NCBI GenBank assembly: GCA_002168225.1
Contig: NHBH01000001.1
Location: 288,188-352,187 of the forward strand
Length of the DNA: 64,000 bases
From: Micavibrio sp. TMED2
GTDB taxonomy: Bacteria > Pseudomonadota > Alphaproteobacteria > TMED2
Direction: 5' to 3'
Position 1 is the stretch's first letter, and each line of letters opens with the position of its first letter. Both the position numbers and the translations under genes were made by a program. The notes under the pieces were generated by a model. The model did no database searches. It saw only the letters and a list, made by a program, of their open reading frames with translations, and was not told where the DNA came from. Below are positions 10,877-20,537 of the stretch, piece after piece.

Positions 10877-12016
10877 ATGCACTCATCGGATATAAAAACC
10901 GGCCCGTTCCGCCTTGCCTCTGCCCGTGGTCAGGACTGGAAAGCCGTGGCCAAGCAATGCCTTGATGGCCTTGGCGAAATCGAGGGTGCGAATATCGGCT
11001 TCATCTACATGACCGATGCGCTGGTCGAGGATATGGAAAGCATCCTGACCCTGCTGCGTGGCATTACCGGGATCGAGGACTGGGTCGGCTCGGTCGGGAT
11101 CGGGATTATCGCCGGTGCCGATGAAATTCTCGCCGAACCGGCCATGGCGCTGATGGTCGGCCACCTGCCAGCCTCCAGCTTCCATGTGTTCCGCCGCGAT
11201 GCCCGCGGGTTTGTCGACCTCAGCAGCAGCGGCCCGTCGGTCGGGGGCTGGCTGGAAAGCCATGATGCCATGGCCGCCATCGTCCATGCCGATCCGCGCG
11301 ATGCCGAACTGCCCTACCTCGTCACCGGCACGGCAGCCGATACCGGCGCATTTCTGGTCGGCGGGCTCAGCTCCTCCCGCGTGGCGCTGAAACAGGTCGC
11401 CAACAAGGTCTGGGAGAACGGGTTGAGCGGTGTACTGCTCGACCAGTCCGCCGGGGTTGGTACGGGTCTGACCCAGGCCTGCTCACCGATCAGCCCGGTG
11501 CGCCACATTACCGAATGCGAAGACAATATCGTCATGAGCGTCGACAACCGCCCCGCGCTTGAAGTGTTCAAGAGCGACGTTGCCGCCGCCCTCTCGGGTT
11601 CCGAGGAACAGATCGAGGCCCATGTTTTTGCTGCCCTGCCGGTTGAAGGCTCGGATACAGCAGATTATCTGGTACGGAACATCCTCGGCGTTGATGAAGA
11701 ACGCGGGTGGATTGCCATTTCCGAAGAGGTCGAGGAGGGCCAGCCCCTCCAGTTCGTCCAGCGCAATACCTATGCCGCCATGGCGGATATGGAAAACATG
11801 CTGCGCAGCCTGAAAAAACGTGTGCCCAATCCACGCGGTGCCGTGTACTTCTCCTGTCTCTCACGGGGCGTACATATGTTTGGCCCGGACAGCGCGGAAG
11901 TACGTGCAATTCTCGACAGCTTCCCGGACCTGCCGATCATCGGCCTGTTCGCCAATGGCGAAATCAATCACGACCGGCTGTACAGCCATACGGGTGTGCT
12001 GCTGCTCTTCACATAA
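10877..12016 (+). CDS. FIST domain signal-transduction protein (FIST-N + FIST-C)
   Basis: Domain-level similarity recalled: C-terminal GLFANGEI motif and length ~380 aa. Confidence 0.6.
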   Translation: MHSSDIKTGPFRLASARGQDWKAVAKQCLDGLGEIEGANIGFIYMTDALVEDMESILTLLRGITGIEDWVGSVGIGIIAGADEILAEPAMALMVGHLPASSFHVFRRDARGFVDLSSSGPSVGGWLESHDAMAAIVHADPRDAELPYLVTGTAADTGAFLVGGLSSSRVALKQVANKVWENGLSGVLLDQSAGVGTGLTQACSPISPVRHITECEDNIVMSVDNRPALEVFKSDVAAALSGSEEQIEAHVFAALPVEGSDTADYLVRNILGVDEERGWIAISEEVEEGQPLQFVQRNTYAAMADMENMLRSLKKRVPNPRGAVYFSCLSRGVHMFGPDSAEVRAILDSFPDLPIIGLFANGEINHDRLYSHTGVLLLFT

Positions 12017-12042
12017 CAGCCTTCACAAATCGGGGTTCTCCG

Positions 12043-13095
12043 ATGCAATACCGTACGCTGGGTCGCACTGACCTGAAAGTCTCAGAAATCTGTCTCGGCA
12101 CAATGACCTGGGGGGATCAGAATACCCTCGAGGAAGGCCATGAACAGATGGATTACGCCCTCGATCAGGGCATCAATTTCTTCGATACCGCCGAAATGTA
12201 TTCGGTGCCACCCAAGGCTGAAACATACGGACGTACGGAAACCATTATCGGTGAGTGGTTCAGCGCCCGTCAGAACCGGGACAAGGTGATACTGGCCTCC
12301 AAAATGCTCGGGCGCGCGCCGCATTTTGATTGGGTGCGCAACGGTAATACCCGCTCCGACCGCGCCAATGTGGTGGAAGCGCTGGATAACAGCCTGCGAC
12401 GCCTGCAGACCGATTACATCGACATCTATCAGCTGCACTGGCCCGACCGCCCGGCCAACCGGTTCGGCAAGCTGGGGTTCGAGTATGACGAACAGGCAGA
12501 GCGCGAAGCCAACGCCGTGCCGATCCTCGAGACGCTGGAAGCGCTCGCCGAACAGATCAAGGCCGGCAAGATCCGCCATATCGGTCTGTCGAATGATACC
12601 CCCTGGGGCGTCATGAAATATCTGCATTATGCGGAAACCAAAGGACTGCCACGGGTGGTTTCGGTGCAAAACCCGTATAACCTCCTGAACCGCACCTATG
12701 AGGTTGGTCTCGCCGAAATCTCGATCCGCGAGGACATTGCCTGCCTGCCCTATTCACCGCTCGCCGGTGGCCAGCTCTCGGGCAAATATATCGGCGGCGC
12801 CCGCCCGCCCGGCGCCCGACGCACCATCGACCCGCGCAAATCCCGCTATGGCAGCGATGAGGCGGAAGCGGCGACCGAGGCATATGTCAATCTCGCCAAG
12901 GACCATGGCCTTGATCCGAACCAGATGGCGATCGCCTATTGCATCCGCCAGCCATTCGTCACCTCGACCATCATCGGGGCGACCAGCATGGATTATCTGA
13001 AGACCGATATTGCCAGCATCGACCTCACGCTGAGCAATGAGGTACTGGCCGGGATCGAGGCGATCCACCAGCGCTACCCAAACCCCGGCCCTTGA
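12043..13095 (+). CDS. NADP(H)-dependent aldo/keto reductase (Tas-like)
   Basis: MQYRTLGRTDLKVSEICLGTMTWG…GINFFDTAEMY matches AKR/Tas N-terminus. The ORF-track start 11707 is an upstream over-extension. Confidence 0.85.
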   Translation: MQYRTLGRTDLKVSEICLGTMTWGDQNTLEEGHEQMDYALDQGINFFDTAEMYSVPPKAETYGRTETIIGEWFSARQNRDKVILASKMLGRAPHFDWVRNGNTRSDRANVVEALDNSLRRLQTDYIDIYQLHWPDRPANRFGKLGFEYDEQAEREANAVPILETLEALAEQIKAGKIRHIGLSNDTPWGVMKYLHYAETKGLPRVVSVQNPYNLLNRTYEVGLAEISIREDIACLPYSPLAGGQLSGKYIGGARPPGARRTIDPRKSRYGSDEAEAATEAYVNLAKDHGLDPNQMAIAYCIRQPFVTSTIIGATSMDYLKTDIASIDLTLSNEVLAGIEAIHQRYPNPGP

Positions 13096-13105
13096 AGTCA
13101 GAGCC

Positions 13106-13657
13106 ATGATGCGTCTGTTTGTCGGCATCAAACTGCCCGAGCAGCACAAGCAAACCCTGAACCGGTTTCAGAACGGTTTGCCCGATGCCCGCTGGACAGC
13201 ACCGGAAAACCTGCATCTGACCTTGCGCTTTATCGGTGAGATCGAGGAGCCACAGGCCGAGGATCTGCATGATGCCCTCATGCACGTCAGCGCCCCGGCC
13301 TTTCCCCTGAAAATCGCCGGTGCGGGTTATTTCGCCTCTGGCAAACGTCCCAGAACCCTCTGGGCCGGCGTGGAGAACGCCGAGGCCGGTCTCGACTTCC
13401 TGCAGTCCAAGATCGAGCGGGCAGCCCAGAAAAGCGGGCTGGAACCCGAAGGCAGACGCTTTACCCCCCATGTCACGCTCGGACGGGTTACGGCCAGCCC
13501 GATGAACCGCCTCGATGCCTATGTGGCCGACAACGCCGCGCTCAGTCTGCCGGTATGGACGGTGGAATATTTCACCCTGTTCGAAAGCACGCTCGGCAAG
13601 TCGCAGGCAAGCTACCGGGCACTGGCGGATTATCCGCTGATCGGTGCCATGCTGTAG
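13106..13657 (+). CDS. thpR: RNA 2',3'-cyclic phosphodiesterase (ThpR/LigT, 2H phosphoesterase)
   Basis: Two H-x-T/S-x motifs (LHLTLRF and PHVTLGR). Start at MMRLFVGIKLP. Confidence 0.75.
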   Translation: MMRLFVGIKLPEQHKQTLNRFQNGLPDARWTAPENLHLTLRFIGEIEEPQAEDLHDALMHVSAPAFPLKIAGAGYFASGKRPRTLWAGVENAEAGLDFLQSKIERAAQKSGLEPEGRRFTPHVTLGRVTASPMNRLDAYVADNAALSLPVWTVEYFTLFESTLGKSQASYRALADYPLIGAML

Positions 13658-13796
13658 TGCTTGCCGCAATAACCATCATAACCATTAGTGGAACCAAAAG
13701 CCGGGCAAACCGTTGATAGGGCAGAACATGAACAAACCAAAGGGTGTTTAAATGTCTTATCAATCACCATCGACTGATCCATCTACTGACAGCGCA

Positions 13797-13958
13797 ATGG
13801 GTGACCTGCTGCGCATCATTCTGGCAATTATCCTGCCGCCGCTGGGTGTGTTTTTCGAGGTTGGTCTGGGCAAACACTTCTGGCTCAACATTCTGCTGAC
13901 CATTCTGGGTTATATCCCGGGTATCGTCCACGCGGTCTATATCATCGCCCGACGCTAG
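13797..13958 (+). CDS. YqaE/Pmp3 family small membrane proteolipid
   Basis: 53-aa, two TM helices (ILAIILPPLGVFF…ILGYIPGIVHAVYII). Confidence 0.6.
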   Translation: MGDLLRIILAIILPPLGVFFEVGLGKHFWLNILLTILGYIPGIVHAVYIIARR

Positions 13959-13982
13959 GTTGAGTGATGATCAGTCAGGGGT

Positions 13983-14906
13983 TTAATCCTGATTGATGTT
14001 TTCAAGATCAAACGCGGCCTCGGATCGCAGCCATTCCATCATGGCTCTGATCCGGGGCCGTTTTGCGTCCGCCTCGGTGGTAACCACATAATAGGCGTAA
14101 TCCGCCGGGCGACTATGGGCGAACGGTCGGATAAGGCGACCCTTGCGCAGATGCTTTGACACCAGTGCGGTCCGACCCAGCGCTACCCCATGCCCGGCCA
14201 GCGCCGCCTGATAGACAAGGCCGGAGTTGGTGAACTTGATCCCCCCGGCCGGCGCCCCCTTGGATACCCCCAGATCGCGGAACCAGCGGTCCCATTTCAG
14301 GGCCGGCTCATCATCATTGGTATCGACGTCATGGATCAGCACATGATCCAGCAGGTCATCGGGATTGCGTAAAGGGTGACGCGCCAGTACCTGCGGCGCA
14401 CAGACTGGAAACACCTCCTCACGCATCAGGAGTTCTGTCACCAGCCCCGGATAATGACCGCGACCATAAAACAGGGAAATATCGGTCAGGCCGGAGCGCG
14501 GATCAGGTGTCGGCCATGAACTGTTTACCGTCAATTCAATCTCGGGATGTGACTGCAGCAGCCGTCCGAGGCGCGGCATCAACCACATCAGCGCCGGTGT
14601 CGGGCCGATGCCAAGGCGTAACGCACCTGCCACCGGCTCATCGGCAAGACCACCCACCGCCCGCGCCATATGGGCAAGGCCGCGGGTCAGGTCGGGCAGC
14701 ATCTGGTTACCGGCTTCGGTCAGCACCAGTCCGCGCGGCTTCCGCTCGAACAAGGTGACATCCAGCATCGCTTCCAGCTGCTTTACCTGATGGCTGACCG
14801 CCGCCGGGGTCACATTCAACTCATCCGCCGCTCTCGCAAAGCCACCAAGCCGGGCTGCCGCCTCAAAGGCGCGGAGTGAATTGAGCGGTGGGAGCGGTTT
14901 AGCCAT
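13983..14906 (-). CDS. LysR-family transcriptional regulator (GcvA-like)
   Basis: N-terminal HTH LNSLRAFEAAARLGGFARAADELNVTPAAVSHQVKQLE plus a LysR substrate-binding domain. Confidence 0.85.
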   Translation of the reverse strand: MAKPLPPLNSLRAFEAAARLGGFARAADELNVTPAAVSHQVKQLEAMLDVTLFERKPRGLVLTEAGNQMLPDLTRGLAHMARAVGGLADEPVAGALRLGIGPTPALMWLMPRLGRLLQSHPEIELTVNSSWPTPDPRSGLTDISLFYGRGHYPGLVTELLMREEVFPVCAPQVLARHPLRNPDDLLDHVLIHDVDTNDDEPALKWDRWFRDLGVSKGAPAGGIKFTNSGLVYQAALAGHGVALGRTALVSKHLRKGRLIRPFAHSRPADYAYYVVTTEADAKRPRIRAMMEWLRSEAAFDLENINQD

Positions 14907-15050
14907 GCCCGAAATCTACCAGAGAAGGCTTAAAATACCTAATGCTTAGGGCAAGTTCTTTCCGGTTGTTGTTTAGCTCTGTTAGGGCAAAATGTAGACA
15001 ACGCAACAAAGACAACCAACAGTTCAACCTATAACAGAGGAGTTCAGGTT

Positions 15051-15317
15051 ATGTCGGTCTTGAAACAGTCAGTACTTGTTGGAAAAACCTGCGGCCTCGG
15101 TGATGGTACATTTCCGGTCGCAACAACCACTGAAAAACTGCACCCGCTGGATCTGAGTGCTCGTGTTGAGATGGTACTCGACACCCTGTCGGTGTGGAAT
15201 ACCCGCCGCCGTCAGCGCCAGCAACTGCGCACACTGCCCGATAACATGCTGCGCGACATCGGTGTCAGCCGCCTCGATGCGGAAGCCGAAGCCGCCAAGC
15301 CGTTCTGGCAGGCCTGA
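15051..15317 (+). CDS. DUF1127 domain small protein
   Basis: C-terminal LRTLPDNMLRDIGVSRLDAE motif typical of DUF1127. RBS GAGGAG 8 nt upstream. Divergent from the LysR gene. Confidence 0.65.
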   Translation: MSVLKQSVLVGKTCGLGDGTFPVATTTEKLHPLDLSARVEMVLDTLSVWNTRRRQRQQLRTLPDNMLRDIGVSRLDAEAEAAKPFWQA

Positions 15318-15342
15318 TACAGGCCCACCCTACCTTACTCAG

Positions 15343-15711
15343 TCAGCGGGATTTTCCCGCTGCTGACAGGGCCCGCAGATAGGCAGGCCACAAAATCGCA
15401 TGATCCCTGGCAAGGTCATGCAGCGTCTCCCAGGTATATAGCCCGGTCGCATGGCCGTCGGAGAACGTGATCCGGATGGCGTAATGCCCAACGGGATCGA
15501 TCTGCTCGATCATCACATCCGCCTTGCCACTCACCAGCTTCTTCTGATCCGGCCCATGCCCCTGCACCTCCGCAGACGGGCTCTCGACCCGCAAATATTC
15601 GGCAGCGAGGCTATGGGTTTCGAGATTGTCCCCGCGCTCGAAATCAAGCTCCACCGACTTCCGATCGGCAGCAACACGGATAGCGGATACGGTGAGTTCC
15701 TCAACCATCAA
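15343..15711 (-). CDS. DUF971 (gamma-butyrobetaine hydroxylase-like N-terminal domain) protein
   Basis: [18 protein letters not shown] motif. Confidence 0.6.
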   Translation of the reverse strand: MMVEELTVSAIRVAADRKSVELDFERGDNLETHSLAAEYLRVESPSAEVQGHGPDQKKLVSGKADVMIEQIDPVGHYAIRITFSDGHATGLYTWETLHDLARDHAILWPAYLRALSAAGKSR

Positions 15712-15892
15712 GCGACCTTGCCTCTTCCGCGATCATGATCGGGATGCCGTCACGGATCGGGAAGGCGAGACGGGCGCGGTCCGAGATCAGTTCCTGTGCC
15801 TCGCGGTCATAGCGCAAATGACCACGGGTAACCGGGCAGACCAGTATCTCGAGCAGTTTCGGATCAACGGCGGTGGCATCTGTATTGGCCAT
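15701..15892 (-). CDS. Trm112/UPF0434 family small protein
   Basis: [46 protein letters not shown] matches the UPF0434 pattern. The zinc-ribbon cysteines are partly degenerate. Confidence 0.65.
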   Translation of the reverse strand: MANTDATAVDPKLLEILVCPVTRGHLRYDREAQELISDRARLAFPIRDGIPIMIAEEARSLDG

Positions 15893-15934
15893 GGCGGGCA
15901 CCCTTCGGTGTGGTGGTTGTTCTTATGGTTCAAA

Positions 15935-16726
15935 CTAGTGGCGAATGGCCGGGGCGTCATCACCCTGATGTGCCGCCATATCAATCAGCGTCTGCATTAT
16001 CTCAGCCCGGCTGTTCAGGTCGGGCGCTTCGAGCAGCGCCTGTTTCTCGCCCGGCGCAAAGGGGCAGATCATGCAAAGGGTCGTGACCAGCTTGTCATCC
16101 GGGGTGCGTTCGATCGCTTCCCAATCAGCGGACAGCCCATGCAGGTCAAAGAATGTCTTGAGGCTCGGGATCAGCTGGTCGCGGTTGATCACACCACTGT
16201 CCGAGCTGGCCTCTTGCAGCATCAGCAGATCATGACCGTACTCGTCCCATGATACATCGACTGTGCGATAACCGCCGGACGCAACCGGGTGCTCATTGAC
16301 GATGCGGAAGCGCGACAGACCCTTGAGCACGACGATATAGCGTCCATCGTCAGTTTCCTCAAACTGCACGATGCGCCCGACACAGCCGGTTTCATACAGC
16401 GCCGGGGTTTTGACGCTGGGTTTTTCCGGCTCACCGCGCAGGGCGGACAGCTCGCGCTCGACTGCTTCGGGATCGACGCGTTCGTCATCCGGGTCCGTTA
16501 CCCCGGCCAGACCACCGAAATTATCCCGCTCATTCGGCTGTACCGGCTGCACCATGCCGACCAGCCGACCATTGCGCAGGGCATGGTCAATCATGGCGAT
16601 ATAGCGGGGCTCAAAAATATTCAGCGGCAGCGAGCCATCAGGCAGCAGCAAGACGCCGGTAAGCGGAAATACCGGTATCGTCGCTGGCAGCTCGCCAGAT
16701 TTCGGATCAAAGATATTGTCAGTCAT
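15935..16726 (-). CDS. LON substrate-binding (Lon N-terminal) domain protein
   Basis: IPVFPLTGVLLLPDGSLPLNIFEPRY is the Lon-N domain signature. Confidence 0.7.
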   Translation of the reverse strand: MTDNIFDPKSGELPATIPVFPLTGVLLLPDGSLPLNIFEPRYIAMIDHALRNGRLVGMVQPVQPNERDNFGGLAGVTDPDDERVDPEAVERELSALRGEPEKPSVKTPALYETGCVGRIVQFEETDDGRYIVVLKGLSRFRIVNEHPVASGGYRTVDVSWDEYGHDLLMLQEASSDSGVINRDQLIPSLKTFFDLHGLSADWEAIERTPDDKLVTTLCMICPFAPGEKQALLEAPDLNSRAEIMQTLIDMAAHQGDDAPAIRH

Positions 16727-16806
16727 AGGCCCCTATCAGCACCGATCCGACACCATACCAGCGCCCGACCAGACGCTGGAATAATTAGTCATATAGTTGG
16801 ATTGGC

Positions 16807-17787
16807 CTAGGAGAACAGGACCGATGACAATTTCCGGCGATATTTCGAGGTCAGCTCATGACCCGGGCCGAGGGTTTCGAAATATTTCAGCAGCTGCTGG
16901 CGCGCGGCCCCTTCCTGCCACTCCCGGTCGAGACCGATGCTGTCGAGCAGGGTGTCCATGGCGAGCTCATGCTGACCGGCGGTAAAGGCGGCAATCGCCA
17001 GATCGAGGCGCGCCTGATGATCATCGGGATTGGCATCCACCGCCGCCTGCAGCTCGGTGAGTGGCCCGGCATCGGCGGCCTGTTCGGCCACCTCAATCGC
17101 TGATTTCGCCGCCATGATGTCGCTGTCGACCGCGAGGTTCGGCGGCAGTTCGGCGAGCAGTTCCTTGGCCGCCTCGGTCTCACCCATGGCCAGCAGGGCA
17201 CGGGCAGCACCGGCCAGCGCCTTGGCATGGTCGCCATTCTCGGCCAGCACACTGGCGAACAGCTCATAAGCCTGTTCCGGGTCATCGCCCTCAAGCGCGG
17301 CATTGCCCTGTTCAACCATGGCATCGAGCGGCAGGGTGGCCGGCCCGGCCAGCTTGGCCACCTTGGTCACAAATTCGCGGATCTGGCTTTCGGGCTGTGC
17401 GCCCATGAAGGCATCGACCGGGCGACCCTGATACAGGGCAAATACCGTCGGCAGGGATTGCACCTGCAGCATCTGGCACAGTTCCGGGTTCTGGTCGGCA
17501 TTGATCTTGGCGAGACGAACCGCACCGCGGGTCTCGGCAATCACCTTTTCCAGAATGGGGGTGAGCTGTTTACACGGACCGCACCAGTCGGCCCAGAAAT
17601 CAATCAACACCGGCCGTTCCATCGAGGCATTGATGACCTCGGCCTCGAACTCGGCGATGGTGACATCGATAATATCGGCACCGGTCGGTGCGGTACCGCC
17701 AGTGCTGCCAGCCATGGGCTGACCCGCCTCATCCGTCACCGATTGCGCAGGCTTGGGGGCTGAATTGTTACCGATGATAAGATCCAT
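16807..17787 (-). CDS. Thioredoxin-domain/TPR co-chaperone (YbbN/CnoX-like)
   Basis: Thioredoxin fold WCGPCK followed by Ala-rich TPR-like helical repeats. Start at MDLIIG. Confidence 0.75.
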   Translation of the reverse strand: MDLIIGNNSAPKPAQSVTDEAGQPMAGSTGGTAPTGADIIDVTIAEFEAEVINASMERPVLIDFWADWCGPCKQLTPILEKVIAETRGAVRLAKINADQNPELCQMLQVQSLPTVFALYQGRPVDAFMGAQPESQIREFVTKVAKLAGPATLPLDAMVEQGNAALEGDDPEQAYELFASVLAENGDHAKALAGAARALLAMGETEAAKELLAELPPNLAVDSDIMAAKSAIEVAEQAADAGPLTELQAAVDANPDDHQARLDLAIAAFTAGQHELAMDTLLDSIGLDREWQEGAARQQLLKYFETLGPGHELTSKYRRKLSSVLFS

Positions 17788-17903
17788 GATCTGTTCCGTT
17801 TGTATGGATACATTCGACGTTTTGTGATGGGTAACAGATTGGGCCGCCCATGCCAAACAACAAGGGCGCAACCCGTCATTGCATCAGAGAGTTTATCTGT
17901 TGA

Positions 17904-18455
17904 TTACGCTGCATCGCGCTCGGGAATGCCGGTGACAAGAGGCTCATGACCGGTATGGCGCAGGAAGGTCAGCAGGTCGTCCGGCGCAATGCCCACCGTC
18001 TGGTCATTGACCAGCGGGTGACAATTCACCATCTCCGCCTCAATCAGCGTCTCGTCGAGCACCACGGAAACCATGTTCTGCCGGTCATTGATCGCACCGA
18101 ATGGCGTGACGGCACCGGGGCGCACACCCCAATGCTCGAATAAGAGTTCGGGTCTGGCGAAGGAAACCCGACCGGCACCGATCTGTTTTGCCAGCGTATT
18201 GAGGTCAACCCGGCGATCCTCCTGCACCGTGATCATCCAGAGCTGGCCCTTCTTGTTCTTCACAAACAGGTTCTTGATATGGGCACCACGGATTTCACCG
18301 CGCAGGGACTGGCTGTCCTCGACCGTAAACAGCGGCGCGTGGTGGTGGCGCTCATAGGCAAGGCCGAGCTGATCCAGTACCGCCAGCAAATCATCGGCAG
18401 AGGTTGGCAGGGGCGTATCGGCAAGCGCGTTATCGCTGCTGTTTTCAGTCATCAA
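17904..18455 (-). CDS. Prolyl-tRNA synthetase-associated (YbaK/ProX-type) deacylase domain protein
   Basis: Domain-level similarity recalled: GAHIKNLFVKNKKGQLWMIT… region. Confidence 0.6.
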   Translation of the reverse strand: MMTENSSDNALADTPLPTSADDLLAVLDQLGLAYERHHHAPLFTVEDSQSLRGEIRGAHIKNLFVKNKKGQLWMITVQEDRRVDLNTLAKQIGAGRVSFARPELLFEHWGVRPGAVTPFGAINDRQNMVSVVLDETLIEAEMVNCHPLVNDQTVGIAPDDLLTFLRHTGHEPLVTGIPERDAA

Positions 18456-18564
18456 AACGTTTCCGGGTATCGGTTCAGAGGAAAATTCTGCTGCAGAAAT
18501 CCATGTTTACCGGGGTGTCGGCGAAGAATCATCAAATTCTTTGAAGATTCATGCCGACAGGTAC

Positions 18565-18592
18565 TTGCATCTTTTGAAACAGGGTGTATATA
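18565..18592 (+). promoter_or_regulatory. Putative sigma-70 promoter of tRNA-Gly (TTGCAT –16 nt– TATATA)
   Basis: Seen in sequence, ~21 nt upstream of the tRNA 5' end. Confidence 0.35.
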
Positions 18593-18613
18593 GTCGCCGC
18601 CGCAGAACGGAGT

Positions 18614-18688
18614 GCGGGTGTAGCTCAGGGGTAGAGCGCAACCTTGCCAAGGTTGAAGTCGTGAGTTCGAATCTCATCACCCGCTCCA
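18614..18688 (+). tRNA. tRNA-Gly (GCC)
   Basis: GCGGGTGTAGCTCAGGGGTAGAGCGCAACCTTGCCAAGGTTGAAGTCGTGAGTTCGAATCTCATCACCCGCTCCA folds as a cloverleaf with anticodon loop CCTTGCCAAGG. Encoded CCA end. Confidence 0.9.
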
Positions 18689-18712
18689 TTTTGCCAGCAA
18701 GTCCATAGGTAG

Positions 18713-18759
18713 CGCGTTGGTTTCCCGTTCTCAGGGGTGCATGGCCAGCGCGTTTTTTT
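18713..18759 (+). terminator. Putative rho-independent terminator after tRNA-Gly
   Basis: CGCGTTGG…CCAGCGCG stem followed by TTTTTTT. Confidence 0.4.
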
Positions 18760-18797
18760 GTGCCTGATGTCTCGCGCCAAGCATTAAGGACCGATCA

Positions 18798-19791
18798 CGT
18801 GAGTAGTGATAAGCATATTCTCGTCACCGGCGGCGCAGGCTATATCGGCAGTCATGCCTGCAAGGCATTGAGGGCAGCTGGTTATACACCGGTGGTTTAT
18901 GACAATCTCTCCACCGGTAATCGCTGGGCCGTGCAATGGGGCCCGTTCGAGCAGGGCGATGTTCTCGATCGTGACCGGCTGCAGGCGGTAATCGAGACCT
19001 ATAAACCGCTGGGCATCATGCATTTTGCAGCCCTGACCCTGGTCGGTGAATCCGTCAAAAATCCGGCACTGTATTATCACGTCAATGTCACCGGTGCGCT
19101 CAACCTGATCGAGCTGTGCCGCGCCCATGACATCCGGGCCTTTGTGTTCTCCTCCACCTGTGCGGTTTATGGCCAGCCGGAACAGCAGCCGATTGACGAG
19201 GACCTGCCGCCAGCGCCGATCAATCCCTATGGCGCCAGCAAGCTGATGGTCGAGAATATCCTCGCTGATTACAGCCAAGCCTATGATCTGCGCTATATGG
19301 CGCTGCGCTATTTCAACGCCGCCGGGGCCGATCCGGCGGGCGAGATCGGTGAACACCGAGCGGTTGAAACCCATCTTATCCCGCTGATGCTCGACGCTGT
19401 CACCGGCAGCCGCGAGCCGCTGACCATTTTCGGCGATGATTACGCCACTGCCGATGGCACCGCCATTCGCGACTATATCCACGTCACCGACCTCGCCGAG
19501 GCGCATCTGCGCGCCCTCAACCTGCTGCTTGAGGATTGCCCAAGTGCAACCGTCAATCTCGGCACCGGGCGCGGCATATCGGTGAAACAGGTGCTGGATA
19601 CTGCCGAACGGATTACCGGTCGCGCGGTGCCATACAGCATGGGCGCGCGGCGTGAGGGCGACCCGGCAGCGCTGGTAGCCAATCCGGCACGAGCGGAAAA
19701 ACTGCTCGGACCCGGACTGACCCAACGGTCGTCACTGGACACGATTATCGAAACCGCCTGGCAATGGCAGCAGAAACGACCAGCGGTTTAA
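18798..19791 (+). CDS. galE: UDP-glucose 4-epimerase GalE. GTG start preferred over ORF-track start 18760.
   Basis: ILVTGGAGYIGSH Rossmann motif, YxxxK active site and GalE-specific blocks. AAGGA 8 nt upstream of GTG. Confidence 0.85.
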
Positions 19792-19800
19792 GCAGGGTTT

Positions 19801-20331
19801 TCAGGCCGGTTGATCGGCCATGCGCACCACCGGTACCGGCAGCAGCGATGCCAGCGCCGTTGGCATGGTCATCTGCCAGCCACCGGATCTTGATGGGGTG
19901 CCGGTGCGGGCAGGTCGGACAGGGCTATGGTCGGTCGCATGGGCAATCGACATCATGCGTTTGCGGATCATGCCGTCACCGGCAGGCAGCAGGATGTGCT
20001 CGATCCCCGGTTTGCGGCTCAACAGGCTGGCCATGGTCTGGGTCTGTGACGTGCCGACAATCAGCATCGGGGTCTGGCTGTTACAGCGCGAATGGCGGCG
20101 ATAGCGCCAGATAAGCGCCACCTCCTCCATCGTCTGCGGCTCCATCGTCACCAGCACATCAAACCGGTAACAGTTCATCAAACGACCGAAAAACCGGTCT
20201 GTCGGCGCAATCTCGATGGAAAAACCGCGATCAGACGGCAACACCTGCTGGGCCGAACGTCGTTGTTCAGCATCAGGGGCATAACAGAGAATATGTGTCG
20301 GCCAGTTGTCCATGAACAAATAATGGGTCAT
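19801..20331 (-). CDS. Hypothetical protein with receiver-like (pseudo-receiver) fold
   Basis: β-α pattern HILCYAPD…FDVLVTMEP…PMLIVGT…RKP resembles a CheY-like REC domain, but the phospho-acceptor Asp is replaced by Thr. Confidence 0.4.
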   Translation of the reverse strand: MTHYLFMDNWPTHILCYAPDAEQRRSAQQVLPSDRGFSIEIAPTDRFFGRLMNCYRFDVLVTMEPQTMEEVALIWRYRRHSRCNSQTPMLIVGTSQTQTMASLLSRKPGIEHILLPAGDGMIRKRMMSIAHATDHSPVRPARTGTPSRSGGWQMTMPTALASLLPVPVVRMADQPA

Positions 20332-20334
20332 TAA

Positions 20335-20435
20335 ACAACAAGTACAATATAAATTTATTAGCTTTAATTATGACTAATTATAGCCTGAAAACCGATAAAA
20401 TCTTACTCAATCACCAAATTGTTTTTATCCATGGC
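20335..20435. promoter_or_regulatory. Strongly AT-rich (~75% AT) divergent intergenic island between the pseudo-receiver gene and the Zn-finger membrane protein gene.
   Basis: Seen in sequence; contrasts with the ~60% GC surroundings. Confidence 0.5.
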
Positions 20436-20537
20436 TTTCGCTAGAATCCCCGGACATCGATGGGGCGGCACCTGCCATATCAACGGGCCATATCCAAAGA
20501 GCCATGTCAAACGTCAGAGACCCACGCGCGTACAACC

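Noticed and set aside
18793-18808. CACGTGA-containing sites (also ~62985) as additional parS copies
   Set aside because: Only the central CACGTG matches. The flanking arms do not match TGTTT/AAACA, so these are chance E-box-like hexamers.
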